Positions 44,300 through 54,699 of a stretch of DNA of 64,000 bases are shown here, in pieces; within the stretch, counting starts at the first letter, position 1, and every line of letters starts with the position of its first letter. Source of the DNA: Opitutia bacterium (GTDB lineage Bacteria; Verrucomicrobiota; Verrucomicrobiia; Opitutales; T3Sed10-336); assembly GCA_050506795.1 (NCBI GenBank), contig JBJHCF010000026.1, forward strand, positions 8,349 to 72,348. The letters run 5' to 3'. A program made the position numbers and the translations under genes. The notes below the pieces were generated by a model. It was not told where the DNA came from, did not search any database, and was given only the letters and a program-made list of their open reading frames with translations.

Positions 44300-45304
44300 A
44301 TGAAAACCAAACCAAGTGCCGCCCTGATTGGCGGTTTCGTCGTAGGCGCGATGTTGCTGGTTGCAGGGGCGCTGTTTTATTTCGGCGGACGCACCTGGAT
44401 GACCGAGACGGGTGAGTTCGTTGTTTATTTTGATGAATCCGTTCATGGGCTGGAAGTCGGCGCCCCGGTCAAGTTTCGCGGAGTTCGCATCGGGCGCGTG
44501 CGGAATATCGGGGTGCGATACGATCCCGATGAGGTCCGGTCGCTGGTCCCGGTGATTTGTGAACTGGATCGTCAGGTGGTACGCGATCCGGAAGGGATTT
44601 TTGTCGACTTCTCCGAACCCGAGTTAATGGATGCGATGGTTGAGCGGGGGTTGCGCGCGCGCCTGAGCCTGGTCGGCCTTTCCGGTTTGATGTACATCGA
44701 GCTCGATTACGCCACTCCCGCCGAACAGGCCCGGCGTCTTCCGGTTCCCGAGCACCCAGGCATGTCCTCGGTTCCCTCGGTGCCTTCGGCTCTCGCCGGG
44801 TTGCGGGATGGAGTCGCCGATATCGCGGCGAATATCGGTGAAATCGATTTTGCCGGAATCGCTCAGAAATTTGAAACCCTGCTGGACCGGGCGGATTCCC
44901 GTTTGGAAGCACTTGCGATCGACGACCTGGCGGCGAATTTTAATGAAGCGGTGATCGCGGTCACGGAACTGGCCCGATCCGATGATCTGCGGAACGCGGT
45001 GCAGTCGGCCAGTGGCGCCTTTGATGATTTGAGTTCAATCCTTAACCGTCTCGACGACCAGATCGATCCGGTCAGCGAACGTTTTATGGTGACCGCCGAC
45101 GAACTTTCCGTGACGCTCCGACAACTGGGTGGCGCCGTGGAGGCCATCGAAACACTGATCAGCCCAAGAACGGGTCTGGGGCACGAGTTGGCGGCAACCT
45201 TGCAGCGGCTGGGAGAAGCTTCGCGTTCTGTGCAGCGTCTGGCCGATTATCTCGAGCGTCATCCCAACGCTCTGCTATCAGGAAGAAGAGAGTCCGGACA
45301 ATGA
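44300..45304 (+). CDS. MCE/MlaD (PqiB-like) protein
   Basis: TM anchor, YFDESVHGLEVGAPVKFRGVRIG, helical region, LERHPNALL. Confidence 0.9.
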   Translation: MKTKPSAALIGGFVVGAMLLVAGALFYFGGRTWMTETGEFVVYFDESVHGLEVGAPVKFRGVRIGRVRNIGVRYDPDEVRSLVPVICELDRQVVRDPEGIFVDFSEPELMDAMVERGLRARLSLVGLSGLMYIELDYATPAEQARRLPVPEHPGMSSVPSVPSALAGLRDGVADIAANIGEIDFAGIAQKFETLLDRADSRLEALAIDDLAANFNEAVIAVTELARSDDLRNAVQSASGAFDDLSSILNRLDDQIDPVSERFMVTADELSVTLRQLGGAVEAIETLISPRTGLGHELAATLQRLGEASRSVQRLADYLERHPNALLSGRRESGQ

Positions 45305-45948
45305 TACGAAACATTTTTCCAATTTTAGGACTGTTGGGGATTCCTGTCCTGCTTTCCGCCTGCCTTTTGCCTCGTCCGGTTGAGGACAGGACGCGTTACT
45401 TCCTTTTGGAAGCTTCCGGGGTAGAAGAATTGACCGGGTCCGCGGCCAGGTACCTGGATCCTGATGAGCCGGGTTTGGCGATTGGCCTTCGTCGTGTCCG
45501 GGTGGCGGATTATATCAACGTCCCGTCAATAGTGGTCCGAAATTCCGACGGTCAGTTGCGTTACACCCATTATCAGCGCTGGGCCGAGGGTTTGGACCGG
45601 GGCGCCGCGCGGTTGCTGCGCGAAGTTCTGCGGCGGGATGCCGCCATCACTTCGGTCTATTTTTTTCCGGAAGCGGGCCGGGAATTTGTCGATTTCGAGG
45701 TGGAGGTGCAGTTGCTGGCCTGTGACGCCATCGAACGTGACGACGGATCGGGCGGCTACTTTTTTCGAGCCTACTGGAGCATTTTTGATCCGGAAAGCGG
45801 CGGAGTGATCGCCACCGGTGATTTTGTTCGTCGCGGCGACTGGCAACCGGGAGACTATTCGGCTTTCGCCCGGAACATCAGCAGGGTTGGAACCGAGTTC
45901 GGAAATGAAATCTCCGAAGCCCTTCTGACTCTGGACGGCCGCCGGTGA
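45301..45948 (+). CDS. PqiC-family lipoprotein
   Basis: Lipobox LSAC, TRYFLL, VADYI..PSIV, RWAE. Confidence 0.85.
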   Translation: MIRNIFPILGLLGIPVLLSACLLPRPVEDRTRYFLLEASGVEELTGSAARYLDPDEPGLAIGLRRVRVADYINVPSIVVRNSDGQLRYTHYQRWAEGLDRGAARLLREVLRRDAAITSVYFFPEAGREFVDFEVEVQLLACDAIERDDGSGGYFFRAYWSIFDPESGGVIATGDFVRRGDWQPGDYSAFARNISRVGTEFGNEISEALLTLDGRR

Positions 45949-46034
45949 ATCGATGGAAGCCATAAAGGCCGAAGCGACGGAAGGTGCGCCGTTTTGAGCG
46001 GCGGCGGCACACACGGTTGTCCCTGGAGAACGCC

Positions 46035-47051
46035 TTAAATTTCCCCCAGAAAATCGAGGCCGTCACGGGTCGGGTCGAGGCCTTCGGATTTCAACCAATC
46101 CGGATTGTAGAGTCGCGAGAGATAACGCTGACCGTCGTCGCAGAGGATGGTGGTGATGACCTGGCCGGGGCCACCCTCCAGAGCGAGTTTCACCGCGCCG
46201 CAGACGTTGATGGCGGACGAAGCACCGAGGAACAGACCCTCGGATTCCATCAGGTGGTAAACCATCTTGATCATCACGCGGTCATGGATACGGAAGGCGT
46301 TATCAATAGGGGCTTCTTCCAGGTTTTTGGTGACACGACCCTGTCCGATTCCCTCGGCGACGGAGTCCCCGTCGTCGATATCCAGGTGACCGTGTTTGAT
46401 CCACGACCACATCGCCGCGCCGTAGGGGTCGGCGCAAACGGTTTTGATCTTTGGGTCGGTCTCTTTGAGAAACAGGGACACCCCGGCCAGGGTTCCGCCG
46501 GTTCCGACCGCGGTGACAAAAGCGGTGACTTCTCCACCGGTTTGCCGGTGAATTTCCGGTCCGGTGGTCTGCCGGTGGTATTCCCGGTTCGCCGTATTGT
46601 CGAACTGATTGGCCCAGAAGCCGCCGTCGATTTCCTCCGCCAGGCGGCGGGCGATGTGATTGTAATTGTTGGGGTCTTTGTACGGAGCGGCCGGAACAGG
46701 GCGCACATCGGCGCCGATGGCCCGCAAAAGATTGATTTTTTCCTGCGATTGAGTGTCGGGAATGACGATTATAGTGCGATAACCTTTGGCGTTTCCGACC
46801 AGGGCAAGTCCGATTCCGGTGTTGCCGGCCGTGCCTTCGACAATGGTACCGCCGGGTTTGAGCAGTCCGCGGGCTTCGGCGTCGTTAATGATTCCCATAG
46901 CCGCACGATCCTTCACCGACCCCCCGGGATTCAGAAATTCGGCCTTGCCGAGGATTTCGCAACCGGTGGCCTCCGACAGGCTCTTGATGCGAATAAGAGG
47001 AGTCTCGCCCACGGTTCCGGCGAATCCGTCCTTGATTTGCTTGCTCATCAT
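46035..47051 (-). CDS. cysK: Cysteine synthase (O-acetylserine sulfhydrylase)
   Basis: VGETPL, KAEFLNPGGSVKDR, EGTAGNTG, GTGGT. Confidence 0.9.
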   Translation of the reverse strand: MMSKQIKDGFAGTVGETPLIRIKSLSEATGCEILGKAEFLNPGGSVKDRAAMGIINDAEARGLLKPGGTIVEGTAGNTGIGLALVGNAKGYRTIIVIPDTQSQEKINLLRAIGADVRPVPAAPYKDPNNYNHIARRLAEEIDGGFWANQFDNTANREYHRQTTGPEIHRQTGGEVTAFVTAVGTGGTLAGVSLFLKETDPKIKTVCADPYGAAMWSWIKHGHLDIDDGDSVAEGIGQGRVTKNLEEAPIDNAFRIHDRVMIKMVYHLMESEGLFLGASSAINVCGAVKLALEGGPGQVITTILCDDGQRYLSRLYNPDWLKSEGLDPTRDGLDFLGEI

Positions 47052-47182
47052 GTCACGAGTATTGCCGCGTTCGGCGGATTTTCGAGTCCGTTTTTGCGGC
47101 GGGATTGAACCACGCGACAGATGGAAAATGCGGTCTCCGGCCAGGGATCGGCATTCGTCTGCAAGCTAGCCGGCAAGCCGAC

Positions 47183-48250
47183 TCAACGCGGGTGGCGAAT
47201 TTCGGCGACCGCCCCGGCTTGTTGGTGATTCTTGAGGAAAAGATCTCCTCCCAAATTACGAAAACAGCGACGTGCCACGGCAAGACCAAGGCCGTCTCCG
47301 CCCTTGGTGCCGGTGAACGGCTCAAACATCGTCGGCTCGATCTCCGGATCGATCCCGGATCCCTGATCGCGAATCACGATAATAATGTTTTCCGTATCGG
47401 CCGCAGCGCGGATCTCGATCACGCGCCGGGAGACCGGAGCGTCGCCGTAGCTTTCCCAGGCGTTCTTGAGCAGGCCGGCGATGGCGTCTTCGGCTCGGCT
47501 GAAACAGGTCGTCACCATGAGATTTTCCGGTTCCACGGTAAACGGGTATTCCGCTTCGACCCGGTTTTCCTGCCGGAAACGGCGGATGGCGCAACGCAGC
47601 AATTCCGCCACCGGTACCGGCTCCGGTTCGGGCTGGGTTTCCCGGGCCGCCTCTCCGAAACGGCGGACCATCTCGGTGATCTTGGCGACGGCCTTTTCCA
47701 GACTGGCATGATGCTTCAGGACCATTTCGGGTTTTTCATGATGCATCTTCAGCAGATGCATATACCCGAAGATAATCCCGAGAACGTTATTCAGGTTGTG
47801 AGTGACACTGTCGGCGACCGCCCCGATGGAAGCGTTTCTCCTCAGGTTTTCCAGTTCGTCCCGCAAACGCTCCCGGTCCATTTCCAGGCCGCGCAGCCGC
47901 AGGTGCCAATGCAAGCGCGCGGTCAAAGCCTCATCACTTGAATGCGTATCGAGATAATCGACACGGGAATCGTCGCGGCAGGCCATGTCGTTGGCGGAGG
48001 TCAGCACCAGGGCGGTGGGGCCGTCCCTCGGCGCCTTGGAGTCCAGGTGTTCCAGCAGTTCGCGGGAAACGCCGACACCAGCCAGCAGGAGGTCGGGTTG
48101 CTCCCTGGCTAACGCCTGCTCAATGCTCTCGGAATCCGGACTGACCGTCAGGAAACCCACACCCGCATGGTGCAGAACCTCCCGCAGGCGCTTCTCGGGT
48201 GAGGAAGCATTCTCAATCAGCAGAACCGTGGGAAGAGGATGAGCGGTCAT
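47183..48250 (-). CDS. Histidine kinase with degenerate N-terminal receiver domain
   Basis: THNLNNVL H-box, LLKNAWES, DQGSGI, FEPF, GLGL; receiver lacks the phospho-Asp. Confidence 0.85.
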   Translation of the reverse strand: MTAHPLPTVLLIENASSPEKRLREVLHHAGVGFLTVSPDSESIEQALAREQPDLLLAGVGVSRELLEHLDSKAPRDGPTALVLTSANDMACRDDSRVDYLDTHSSDEALTARLHWHLRLRGLEMDRERLRDELENLRRNASIGAVADSVTHNLNNVLGIIFGYMHLLKMHHEKPEMVLKHHASLEKAVAKITEMVRRFGEAARETQPEPEPVPVAELLRCAIRRFRQENRVEAEYPFTVEPENLMVTTCFSRAEDAIAGLLKNAWESYGDAPVSRRVIEIRAAADTENIIIVIRDQGSGIDPEIEPTMFEPFTGTKGGDGLGLAVARRCFRNLGGDLFLKNHQQAGAVAEIRHPR

Positions 48251-48866
48251 AGGAGACAATGTCCGAAGAGGCGACAACCTTGGTGCGGGCGAGGTAATCG
48301 TGCACCGCGCGCCGATCCCGGGTGAAGAACGCGAAGAAATAATTGAAAAGCAACAGCAGCATCAACGGCTGCATAGTCATGGCCAGGGTCAGAGAAATCC
48401 CTTTGATCACCGACCGCATCACCGTCGCGCCGAGGGGCAGCGGGGCATGAGCCTGTCCCGGGTCGGTGCGAATCACCCGGAGTTTGAAGAGCAGTTTTCC
48501 GGGCGAGGCTCCGCGAGTGAAAACTTCACCCATCATGAAATAGAGCAACACGAGCGCCAGGCTGACCGCATAAGTGATCTGGATCAGGCGTTGGGCATCC
48601 TCGGAAAGGGTCGGCTCCGGAGCACCGGAATCGGGGTCTTCCCGGAATTCACGCATTTCCTCCGTGAACTGCTCCAGTTCCTGCGTGACCTCGGGATTCT
48701 GGCTGAAGATGAGGAAATTCGCGAGGAAGAAGAGGATCAGCAGACAGAACATGTCGGCGGCGAAAGCCCCGATCCTCGGCATCAGGAGTGAGCTTTCCGG
48801 TTCCGGAGGCGGTTCATCCTCCGGATGCCCGGCAGACGGCTGAAACGGATTCTGGTATTGACTCAT
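48213..48866 (-). CDS. RDD family membrane protein
   Basis: [35 protein letters not shown]. Confidence 0.88.
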   Translation of the reverse strand: MSQYQNPFQPSAGHPEDEPPPEPESSLLMPRIGAFAADMFCLLILFFLANFLIFSQNPEVTQELEQFTEEMREFREDPDSGAPEPTLSEDAQRLIQITYAVSLALVLLYFMMGEVFTRGASPGKLLFKLRVIRTDPGQAHAPLPLGATVMRSVIKGISLTLAMTMQPLMLLLLFNYFFAFFTRDRRAVHDYLARTKVVASSDIVSYDRSSSSHGSAD

Positions 48867-49747
48867 TGAGAATTTCCCCGGTAGATGCGCAGCAGAGCCT
48901 CGCCCATGTGCGAGGGGGTTTCGGCGACTTCGATTCCCGCTTCCTTCATGGCGGCGATCTTGGCTTCCGCCGTGCCGCTTCCGCCGGAAACGATCGCACC
49001 GGCGTGGCCCATGCGTCGCCCCGGGGGCGCGGTCGCTCCGGCGATAAAGCCGGCCACCGGTTTTTTAACGTGCTCCTTGATGTAAGCGGCGGCTTCCTCT
49101 TCCGCGGTGCCTCCGATTTCTCCGATCAAAATGAGGGCTTCGGTATCCGGATCCTCGTTGAACAATTTGACGGCGTCGAGATGGCTGGTGCCGCTCACCG
49201 GGTCGCCGCCGATGCCGATGCAGGTCGATTGACCGTGGCCCAGCGAGGTGAGCTGCCAGACCGCTTCGTAGGTGAGGGTGCCGGACCGCGAAATCACCCC
49301 GACTTTGCCGGGTTTGTGGATGTAACCGGGCATGATGCCGATCTTGCATTGACCCGGGGTGATGATACCTGGGCAGTTGGGGCCGATCAGGCGGGTCTTG
49401 CTTTGTTGGAGTTTGACCTTCACCTCGGCCATGTCCTTGACCGGAATACCTTCGGTGATGCAAACCACCAGCGGGATCTCTGCGTCGATGGCTTCAAGGA
49501 TGGAATCGGCGGCAAAAGCCGGCGGCACAAAAATCACGGAGGCGTTGGCCCCGGTTTCGTTCACGGCCTCCCGGACGGTGTCGTACACCGGCACTTTTTC
49601 CTCGAAGCGTTCTCCTCCGCGTCCGGGAGTGACGCCGGCCACAATATTCGTGCCGTATTCAAGGCATTGTCTGGCGTGAAAGCTGCCGGCCTTGCCGGTG
49701 AGTCCCTGAACCAGGAGGCGGGTGTCTTTGTTGACGAGTATGCTCAT
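48863..49747 (-). CDS. sucD: Succinyl-CoA synthetase alpha subunit
   Basis: [35 protein letters not shown]. Confidence 0.97.
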   Translation of the reverse strand: MSILVNKDTRLLVQGLTGKAGSFHARQCLEYGTNIVAGVTPGRGGERFEEKVPVYDTVREAVNETGANASVIFVPPAFAADSILEAIDAEIPLVVCITEGIPVKDMAEVKVKLQQSKTRLIGPNCPGIITPGQCKIGIMPGYIHKPGKVGVISRSGTLTYEAVWQLTSLGHGQSTCIGIGGDPVSGTSHLDAVKLFNEDPDTEALILIGEIGGTAEEEAAAYIKEHVKKPVAGFIAGATAPPGRRMGHAGAIVSGGSGTAEAKIAAMKEAGIEVAETPSHMGEALLRIYRGNSQ

Positions 49748-49761
49748 GTCGATGAATTGCT

Positions 49762-50949
49762 TTACCGGTCGGAAACGAGTTCGACGATTTTTTTGGCGGC
49801 ATCGGCCAGGGTGTCGGCCGAGACAATTTTCAGGTTGCTCTGGTCGAGGAGCTTTTTCCCCTGTTCCACGTTGGTGCCTTCCAGGCGCACGACCAGCGGC
49901 CGGTCGAGATGAACAGCTTTGGCGGCCTCCAGGATTCCGGTGGCGATGACGTCGCATTTCATGATGCCGCCGAAGATATTGACCAGGATGCCTTTGACGT
50001 TCTCGTCCTTCAGGATGATTTGAAAGGCCTGGGTCACCTGTTCGGCGTCGGCACCGCCGCCGACGTCGAGAAAGTTCGCCGGTGATCCGCCGTAGTGCTG
50101 AATGATGTCCATGGTGGCCATCGCCAATCCGGCGCCGTTGACCATGCAGGCGATATTGCCGTCCAATGCGATGTAGTTGAGGTTCGCTTTGGATGCTTCG
50201 ACCTCTTTGGGATCCTCTTCGTTTAGGTCGCGGTAGGCGACGATGTCCGGATGACGGAACAGCGCGTTGTCGTCGAATCCCACCTTGGCATCGAGCGCCA
50301 CCACCTCACCGGAAGGGGTCGTGATGAGGGGATTTACTTCCACCAGAGAGGCATCCTTTTCCCAGAAAAGGCGATAGAGGCCGCTGAGAAGTTTAATCAT
50401 CTGTTTGACCTGGTCGCCCCGGAAGCCGAGTCCGAAAGCGATCTGGCGCGCCTGGTAGGCGCGAAGGCCCAGTGTGGGGTCGATAATAACCCGGGTGATT
50501 TTCTCCGGGGTCTCTTCGGCCACCTTTTCGATTTCCACTCCTCCCTCGGTTGAAGCGATCACCACAGGCCGGGAAGTGGCGCGGTCCATCACGATAGCGA
50601 GGTAGTACTCCTTCTCGATTTCGGAAGCTTCGGTGAAGTACACCGTGCCCACCTTGCGGCCTTCGGGGCCGGTCTGGTGTGTGACCAGCGTATTACCCAG
50701 CATCTTACGTCCGAATTCCGCGGCCTCCTCTTTTGACTTGGCCAGTTTGACGCCTCCTTTGAAGCCGTCCTTGAAGGTTCCCTTGCCGCGTCCTCCCGCG
50801 TGGATTTGGGACTTTACGACGGTAACGCCTTCGGGAAGCGCGGAAAGGGCGGATTCGAAATCCGAGGTCTTCTGTGCGCAATGTCCGGCCGGAACCGGCA
50901 CCCCGTACTGTTGGAATAATTCTTTGGCCTGGTATTCGTGTATATTCAT
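49762..50949 (-). CDS. sucC: Succinyl-CoA synthetase beta subunit
   Basis: [39 protein letters not shown]. Confidence 0.97.
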   Translation of the reverse strand: MNIHEYQAKELFQQYGVPVPAGHCAQKTSDFESALSALPEGVTVVKSQIHAGGRGKGTFKDGFKGGVKLAKSKEEAAEFGRKMLGNTLVTHQTGPEGRKVGTVYFTEASEIEKEYYLAIVMDRATSRPVVIASTEGGVEIEKVAEETPEKITRVIIDPTLGLRAYQARQIAFGLGFRGDQVKQMIKLLSGLYRLFWEKDASLVEVNPLITTPSGEVVALDAKVGFDDNALFRHPDIVAYRDLNEEDPKEVEASKANLNYIALDGNIACMVNGAGLAMATMDIIQHYGGSPANFLDVGGGADAEQVTQAFQIILKDENVKGILVNIFGGIMKCDVIATGILEAAKAVHLDRPLVVRLEGTNVEQGKKLLDQSNLKIVSADTLADAAKKIVELVSDR

Positions 50950-50955
50950 TGAGAC

Positions 50956-51744
50956 TTAGAGGGGAATCTTGTTGCCCAGTTCGGCATGGACAACCTCTTT
51001 TCGCGGCAGATGCTGCTTTATAAATGCTTCCTGACGCCGGATGAGTTCGGCGATTCCGATTTCGGCTAGAGCCAGGAGACGCCCCAGTTCCTCCTGGGAG
51101 AACGTGGCTTCCTCTCCGGAACCCTGCACTTCGACGTATTGGCCGCCGCCGGTTCGGACAACGTTGAAATCGACGGTGGCATCTTTGTCCTCCAGGTAAT
51201 TCAGATCGAGGACGGGAGTGTTCTGGTAGACCCCCACGCTGACTGCGGCGACCGAATCGCGGAAGGGGTTCTCCTTCAACCGTCCTTCCGCCACGAATTG
51301 TCCCACCGCCAGGCGCGCGGCGAGGTAAGCTCCGGTAATAGCGGCGGTTCGGGTGCCGCCATCGGCCTGCAAGACGTCGCAGTCGATCCAAAGGGTGTGG
51401 TCGGGCAATTTTTGCAGGTCGATCACCGCTCGCAGCGAGCGACCGATAAGCCGCTGAATCTCAATGCCGCGGCCGTCCGGGCGCCCGCGGGTACTGTCGC
51501 GCTGTTTACGGTCCAGCGTGCTGTAGGGCAGCATGGAATACTCCGCGGTCAGCCATCCGCCGGTTACGCCCTGTTGCCGCATCCAGTTCGGAACCTTTCG
51601 TTCGAGCGAAGCGGCGCAGATCACCCGGGTGTCGCCGAAACAAGCGAGAACGGAACCCTGCGCGTTCGGTGCAATGTTTGGCTGGAAGATCAGCGTTCGC
51701 AGTTGATCGACTTTGCGTCCGTCCGGACGGGCGAATTCAGTCAT
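50956..51744 (-). CDS. rph: Ribonuclease PH
   Basis: GWLTAEYSMLP, EIQRLIGRSLR, DCDVLQADGGTRTA, EVQGSGE. Confidence 0.96.
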   Translation of the reverse strand: MTEFARPDGRKVDQLRTLIFQPNIAPNAQGSVLACFGDTRVICAASLERKVPNWMRQQGVTGGWLTAEYSMLPYSTLDRKQRDSTRGRPDGRGIEIQRLIGRSLRAVIDLQKLPDHTLWIDCDVLQADGGTRTAAITGAYLAARLAVGQFVAEGRLKENPFRDSVAAVSVGVYQNTPVLDLNYLEDKDATVDFNVVRTGGGQYVEVQGSGEEATFSQEELGRLLALAEIGIAELIRRQEAFIKQHLPRKEVVHAELGNKIPL

Positions 51745-51804
51745 CCGTCCGGGTTTAGGACAGCAGGTGGACTGAGGCAAATGATTTTTGGAAAAAGAAA
51801 GCGA

Positions 51805-52536
51805 TCAACCGAAGCGTTGATGCATTTCGCGCAGCGGGAAGTGGCGTCCGGGACAGAGCGTGGTTTCGAGCTCCTTGTGCGCCAGCAGTCGGCAGGAGCC
51901 GCCGAGCTTGGTTTCCTTGAGATAATGGACAAGCTCCGTAAACGAAGCCATCTGGTTGGCCGTCGGGCGCCCGGTTTCGAAGTTCCCCACCAGACAAATT
52001 CCGATGGAGTTGGCATTGTAGGCCAGGCTGCGAACGTGGCCGCCCTGGATCTGACGGGTCCAGCGGGTTCCCACCTCGATTTCGCCGTCACGCGAATTGG
52101 TGCCGTTGCCGATGATGAAGTGATACCCCAGACCGTTGGGCATGTTCCGATGGTCGCGGTGAAAGCGGTGGAAAATCTCGGCGTTGCCGTTTCCGGTCGC
52201 ACTGTGGTGAACAATGATGTGCCGCCAGCGGCCGGCGCTAAAACCGGCGACATCGATCTGCGGCCGCACCGGAGTCAGGAAGGAACCGCCGCGTCCGGGA
52301 ATGTTGAGCCTCTGATTGATCCGAATCAGATCTCCGGTCAGACCGTTGGCCTGTTTGAGGGAGGCCACGGTCACGCCGTAGCGTCGAGCGATGTGGGAAA
52401 GGGTTTCTCCGGAACGAACGACATGGATGGCGGAACCGTCCTTCGGCAACGCGTAAGCCAGCGAACCGACGCCGCTCAGAGCGCATGCTCCGGCCGCGGC
52501 GAGCGAAAGTTTTTTTATGAAGTGCCTACGTTCCAT
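51805..52536 (-). CDS. Tat-exported LysM-domain N-acetylmuramoyl-L-alanine amidase (Amidase_2)
   Basis: MERRHFIK Tat signal, HVVRSGETLSHIARRYG LysM, IIVHHSAT, GYHFIIGNG, TLCPG. Confidence 0.9.
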   Translation of the reverse strand: MERRHFIKKLSLAAAGACALSGVGSLAYALPKDGSAIHVVRSGETLSHIARRYGVTVASLKQANGLTGDLIRINQRLNIPGRGGSFLTPVRPQIDVAGFSAGRWRHIIVHHSATGNGNAEIFHRFHRDHRNMPNGLGYHFIIGNGTNSRDGEIEVGTRWTRQIQGGHVRSLAYNANSIGICLVGNFETGRPTANQMASFTELVHYLKETKLGGSCRLLAHKELETTLCPGRHFPLREMHQRFG

Positions 52537-52595
52537 CCAAACACGGGTCGGTGAAAAAAGCGATTGTTCAACTCTTTCTGACAAAATGTCAATCC

Positions 52596-52964
52596 CTAAC
52601 CTGCCCGCAGCAGTATTGTCCGGATTCCGCCACACCCCGGAAGCGCCCGCAGGCGTTGCAGTACTTCCTTGCGGTGGAAGAAGAGCTCCTGGCGCACGAT
52701 CGGATTGGATACGCCGATGATGGCACGCCGGCGCTCATCAATCCGCATCAACCGGCTGTATTCTGCATTGGCGTTGCCCACCAGTTGAGCCCAGTTTTCC
52801 TGGATCGCTTCTTCCGGGGTACGGCCGTCGAGACGATAACTCCGAGTCAGATCGGCCATCAGGTCTTCGGAGGAACGGGGCTCTCTGAGAATCGAGCGGG
52901 TGCGGTCTTCCGGCAATCCCCGCAATGCGGCGATCAGATTTTCCACATCGCGGCTGAATTTCAT
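52596..52964 (-). CDS. dciA: DciA/DUF721 family helicase-loading protein
   Basis: IQENWAQLVG..NA, IIGVSNPIVRQEL.F pattern. Confidence 0.72.
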   Translation of the reverse strand: MKFSRDVENLIAALRGLPEDRTRSILREPRSSEDLMADLTRSYRLDGRTPEEAIQENWAQLVGNANAEYSRLMRIDERRRAIIGVSNPIVRQELFFHRKEVLQRLRALPGCGGIRTILLRAG

Positions 52965-53049
52965 CGGCAATCAGCTTGGGCGCAAAGCGCACCGGCTGCA
53001 ATGGGAAATGTGAGTGAGAGCCGGCAGCTCCGAACAGGGATGGGCCGGA

Positions 53050-54156
53050 TTACGCGCTTCGGGCTCCGTGGAAGAGAATATTCTTCATCGCACGCCAGCA
53101 GTAGGCGAGATCGGTCCGGAGGGGGGCCTTTTCGCGCGCCTGCAGGTAGCGCCGCTCAGACGCCACGACTTCCTCGAGGGATTTCGGCATGTCGGCGTAA
53201 TAGGGCGGAATCAGACCCGGCTTGTGGCGTTCGCGCAGTTCCTGGACGTCGGTGGGATACAAGCTGAGAAAGTGGGCGCTCAGCGGGCGGACTCCGATAA
53301 GCTTGAGGTCGCCTCGCAGCCAATTCCACAACATTGGAATCTCATCGATCCAAAATCGGCGGCACCAGCGGCCCCAGGCGGTGATGCGGAAATCGTCTTT
53401 GAACTTGCCATTGGAGTTGAGCGAATTGGCCCGGTACACGTACTCCTGGAGGTATTCCGAATATGGATGCATGGTGCGTAGTTTCAGTACCTGGATCTCC
53501 TTGCCCCGGTAACCCTTGCGCCGCAGGCGGCAAATCGGTCCGTAGGTGGGGTGGGGATCATAGGACGGCGCACGTGTTTTGCGGGCGGCCAAATAAATGA
53601 GGCCGTCCTTCTCCTGCCGGTCCGCGACTTCGAATCCACAACACATCAAGCGTCCCAGAAGCTCGGTTTCGCTAAGTGTCCGGTATCGGCCCAGAGGCGT
53701 TTTGAAGTACAGACGTTTGATACCGGGAAGCTTCGGAAGCACCCGGTTGATAATAAAATCGAGGGCGATGACACTTTGCCCAAGGAAAGAGGGTAATCCG
53801 CTGAAGAGACGCCGCTTCCGCTGATGATTCGCCTCACAGCAGATCATGAGGAGCCCTCCGTCTGCCAGCGCGCGGTTGGCGGCTTCCAAAAACTTGTTCA
53901 CCCGGCGAGCGCGGTTGATCTGAGCGGGGCAAATGATGTGTTGCAGGCCCGAACGGCGATCGTCTTGCCGTTCGATTTCGGTCGGAATGGGGAGCGGGAC
54001 GAGGCGCGTACCCGTCCCGGTTTTGACCAGGAGAGGATGGAAAATCGTCTGAAAGGCCGCGGGGGAGGGGTTTGGCCGCCGATGAGAAATCGATCCGGCA
54101 ACCCTGGGCTGGAAATCCGCCAGGTCTGGAACGTGATCCAATAGGTGACTGTTCAT
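53050..54156 (-). CDS. Bacterial sugar transferase (initiating polyprenyl-phosphate phosphoglycosyltransferase) with N-terminal extension
   Basis: KLRTMHP, DDFRITAWG..CRRFWIDEIP, GDLKLIGVRP, KPGLIP. Confidence 0.88.
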   Translation of the reverse strand: MNSHLLDHVPDLADFQPRVAGSISHRRPNPSPAAFQTIFHPLLVKTGTGTRLVPLPIPTEIERQDDRRSGLQHIICPAQINRARRVNKFLEAANRALADGGLLMICCEANHQRKRRLFSGLPSFLGQSVIALDFIINRVLPKLPGIKRLYFKTPLGRYRTLSETELLGRLMCCGFEVADRQEKDGLIYLAARKTRAPSYDPHPTYGPICRLRRKGYRGKEIQVLKLRTMHPYSEYLQEYVYRANSLNSNGKFKDDFRITAWGRWCRRFWIDEIPMLWNWLRGDLKLIGVRPLSAHFLSLYPTDVQELRERHKPGLIPPYYADMPKSLEEVVASERRYLQAREKAPLRTDLAYCWRAMKNILFHGARSA

Positions 54157-54267
54157 TTTTGGGAGACGATTGAATGGCGGGAAACAGCGGCGTGATAGAA
54201 CTTTTCGCGCCCTGAAAACGATTAATCCTGCAGGCTGTAGGATACCGCTAGCACTGTGGGGTGGATA

Positions 54268-54305
54268 TAGGACAAACCCTGATCGGGGGGAGGTGATCTC
54301 CCTGA
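54268..54305 (-). promoter_or_regulatory. Tandem operator pair (putative response-regulator sites)
   Basis: Minus strand TCAGGGAGATCACCT and TCAGGGTTTGTCCTA, 23-bp period; matches the pair at 58610-58647. Confidence 0.55.
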
Positions 54306-54699
54306 ATATTGGCCTAAACAGTAGGGGTTAGGCCTGATGGTGAAATCAAGTCAGCCAGTGCGGGGCTGAGGCGTTGGTTCCCGATTTCGCACTCGTTAAC
54401 AGCTGGTAAATCTTTCGGACCTCCTCCATGGGAAGCAGGGCTCGCCGCCGATCGGCTCCATGGATGAACTCGAATCGAAACTATTTGGGAAACCTTATTG
54501 CATGCTATTGATAAATAGGACTATATGTAACTTGCTCTTCAATTGATTTCGAGCCCCCGATCCATTGCCGGAATTGTGTTTTACCCTGCGTTTTACTCCG
54601 GCAACGTCATTGATCTTGGCTTGATCTTTTCCGTAATCGCGCAATTGTGAAGCGACTTTTCGTAGAACGAATTGCGGCCGATCGGCCGCGTGCAACATT

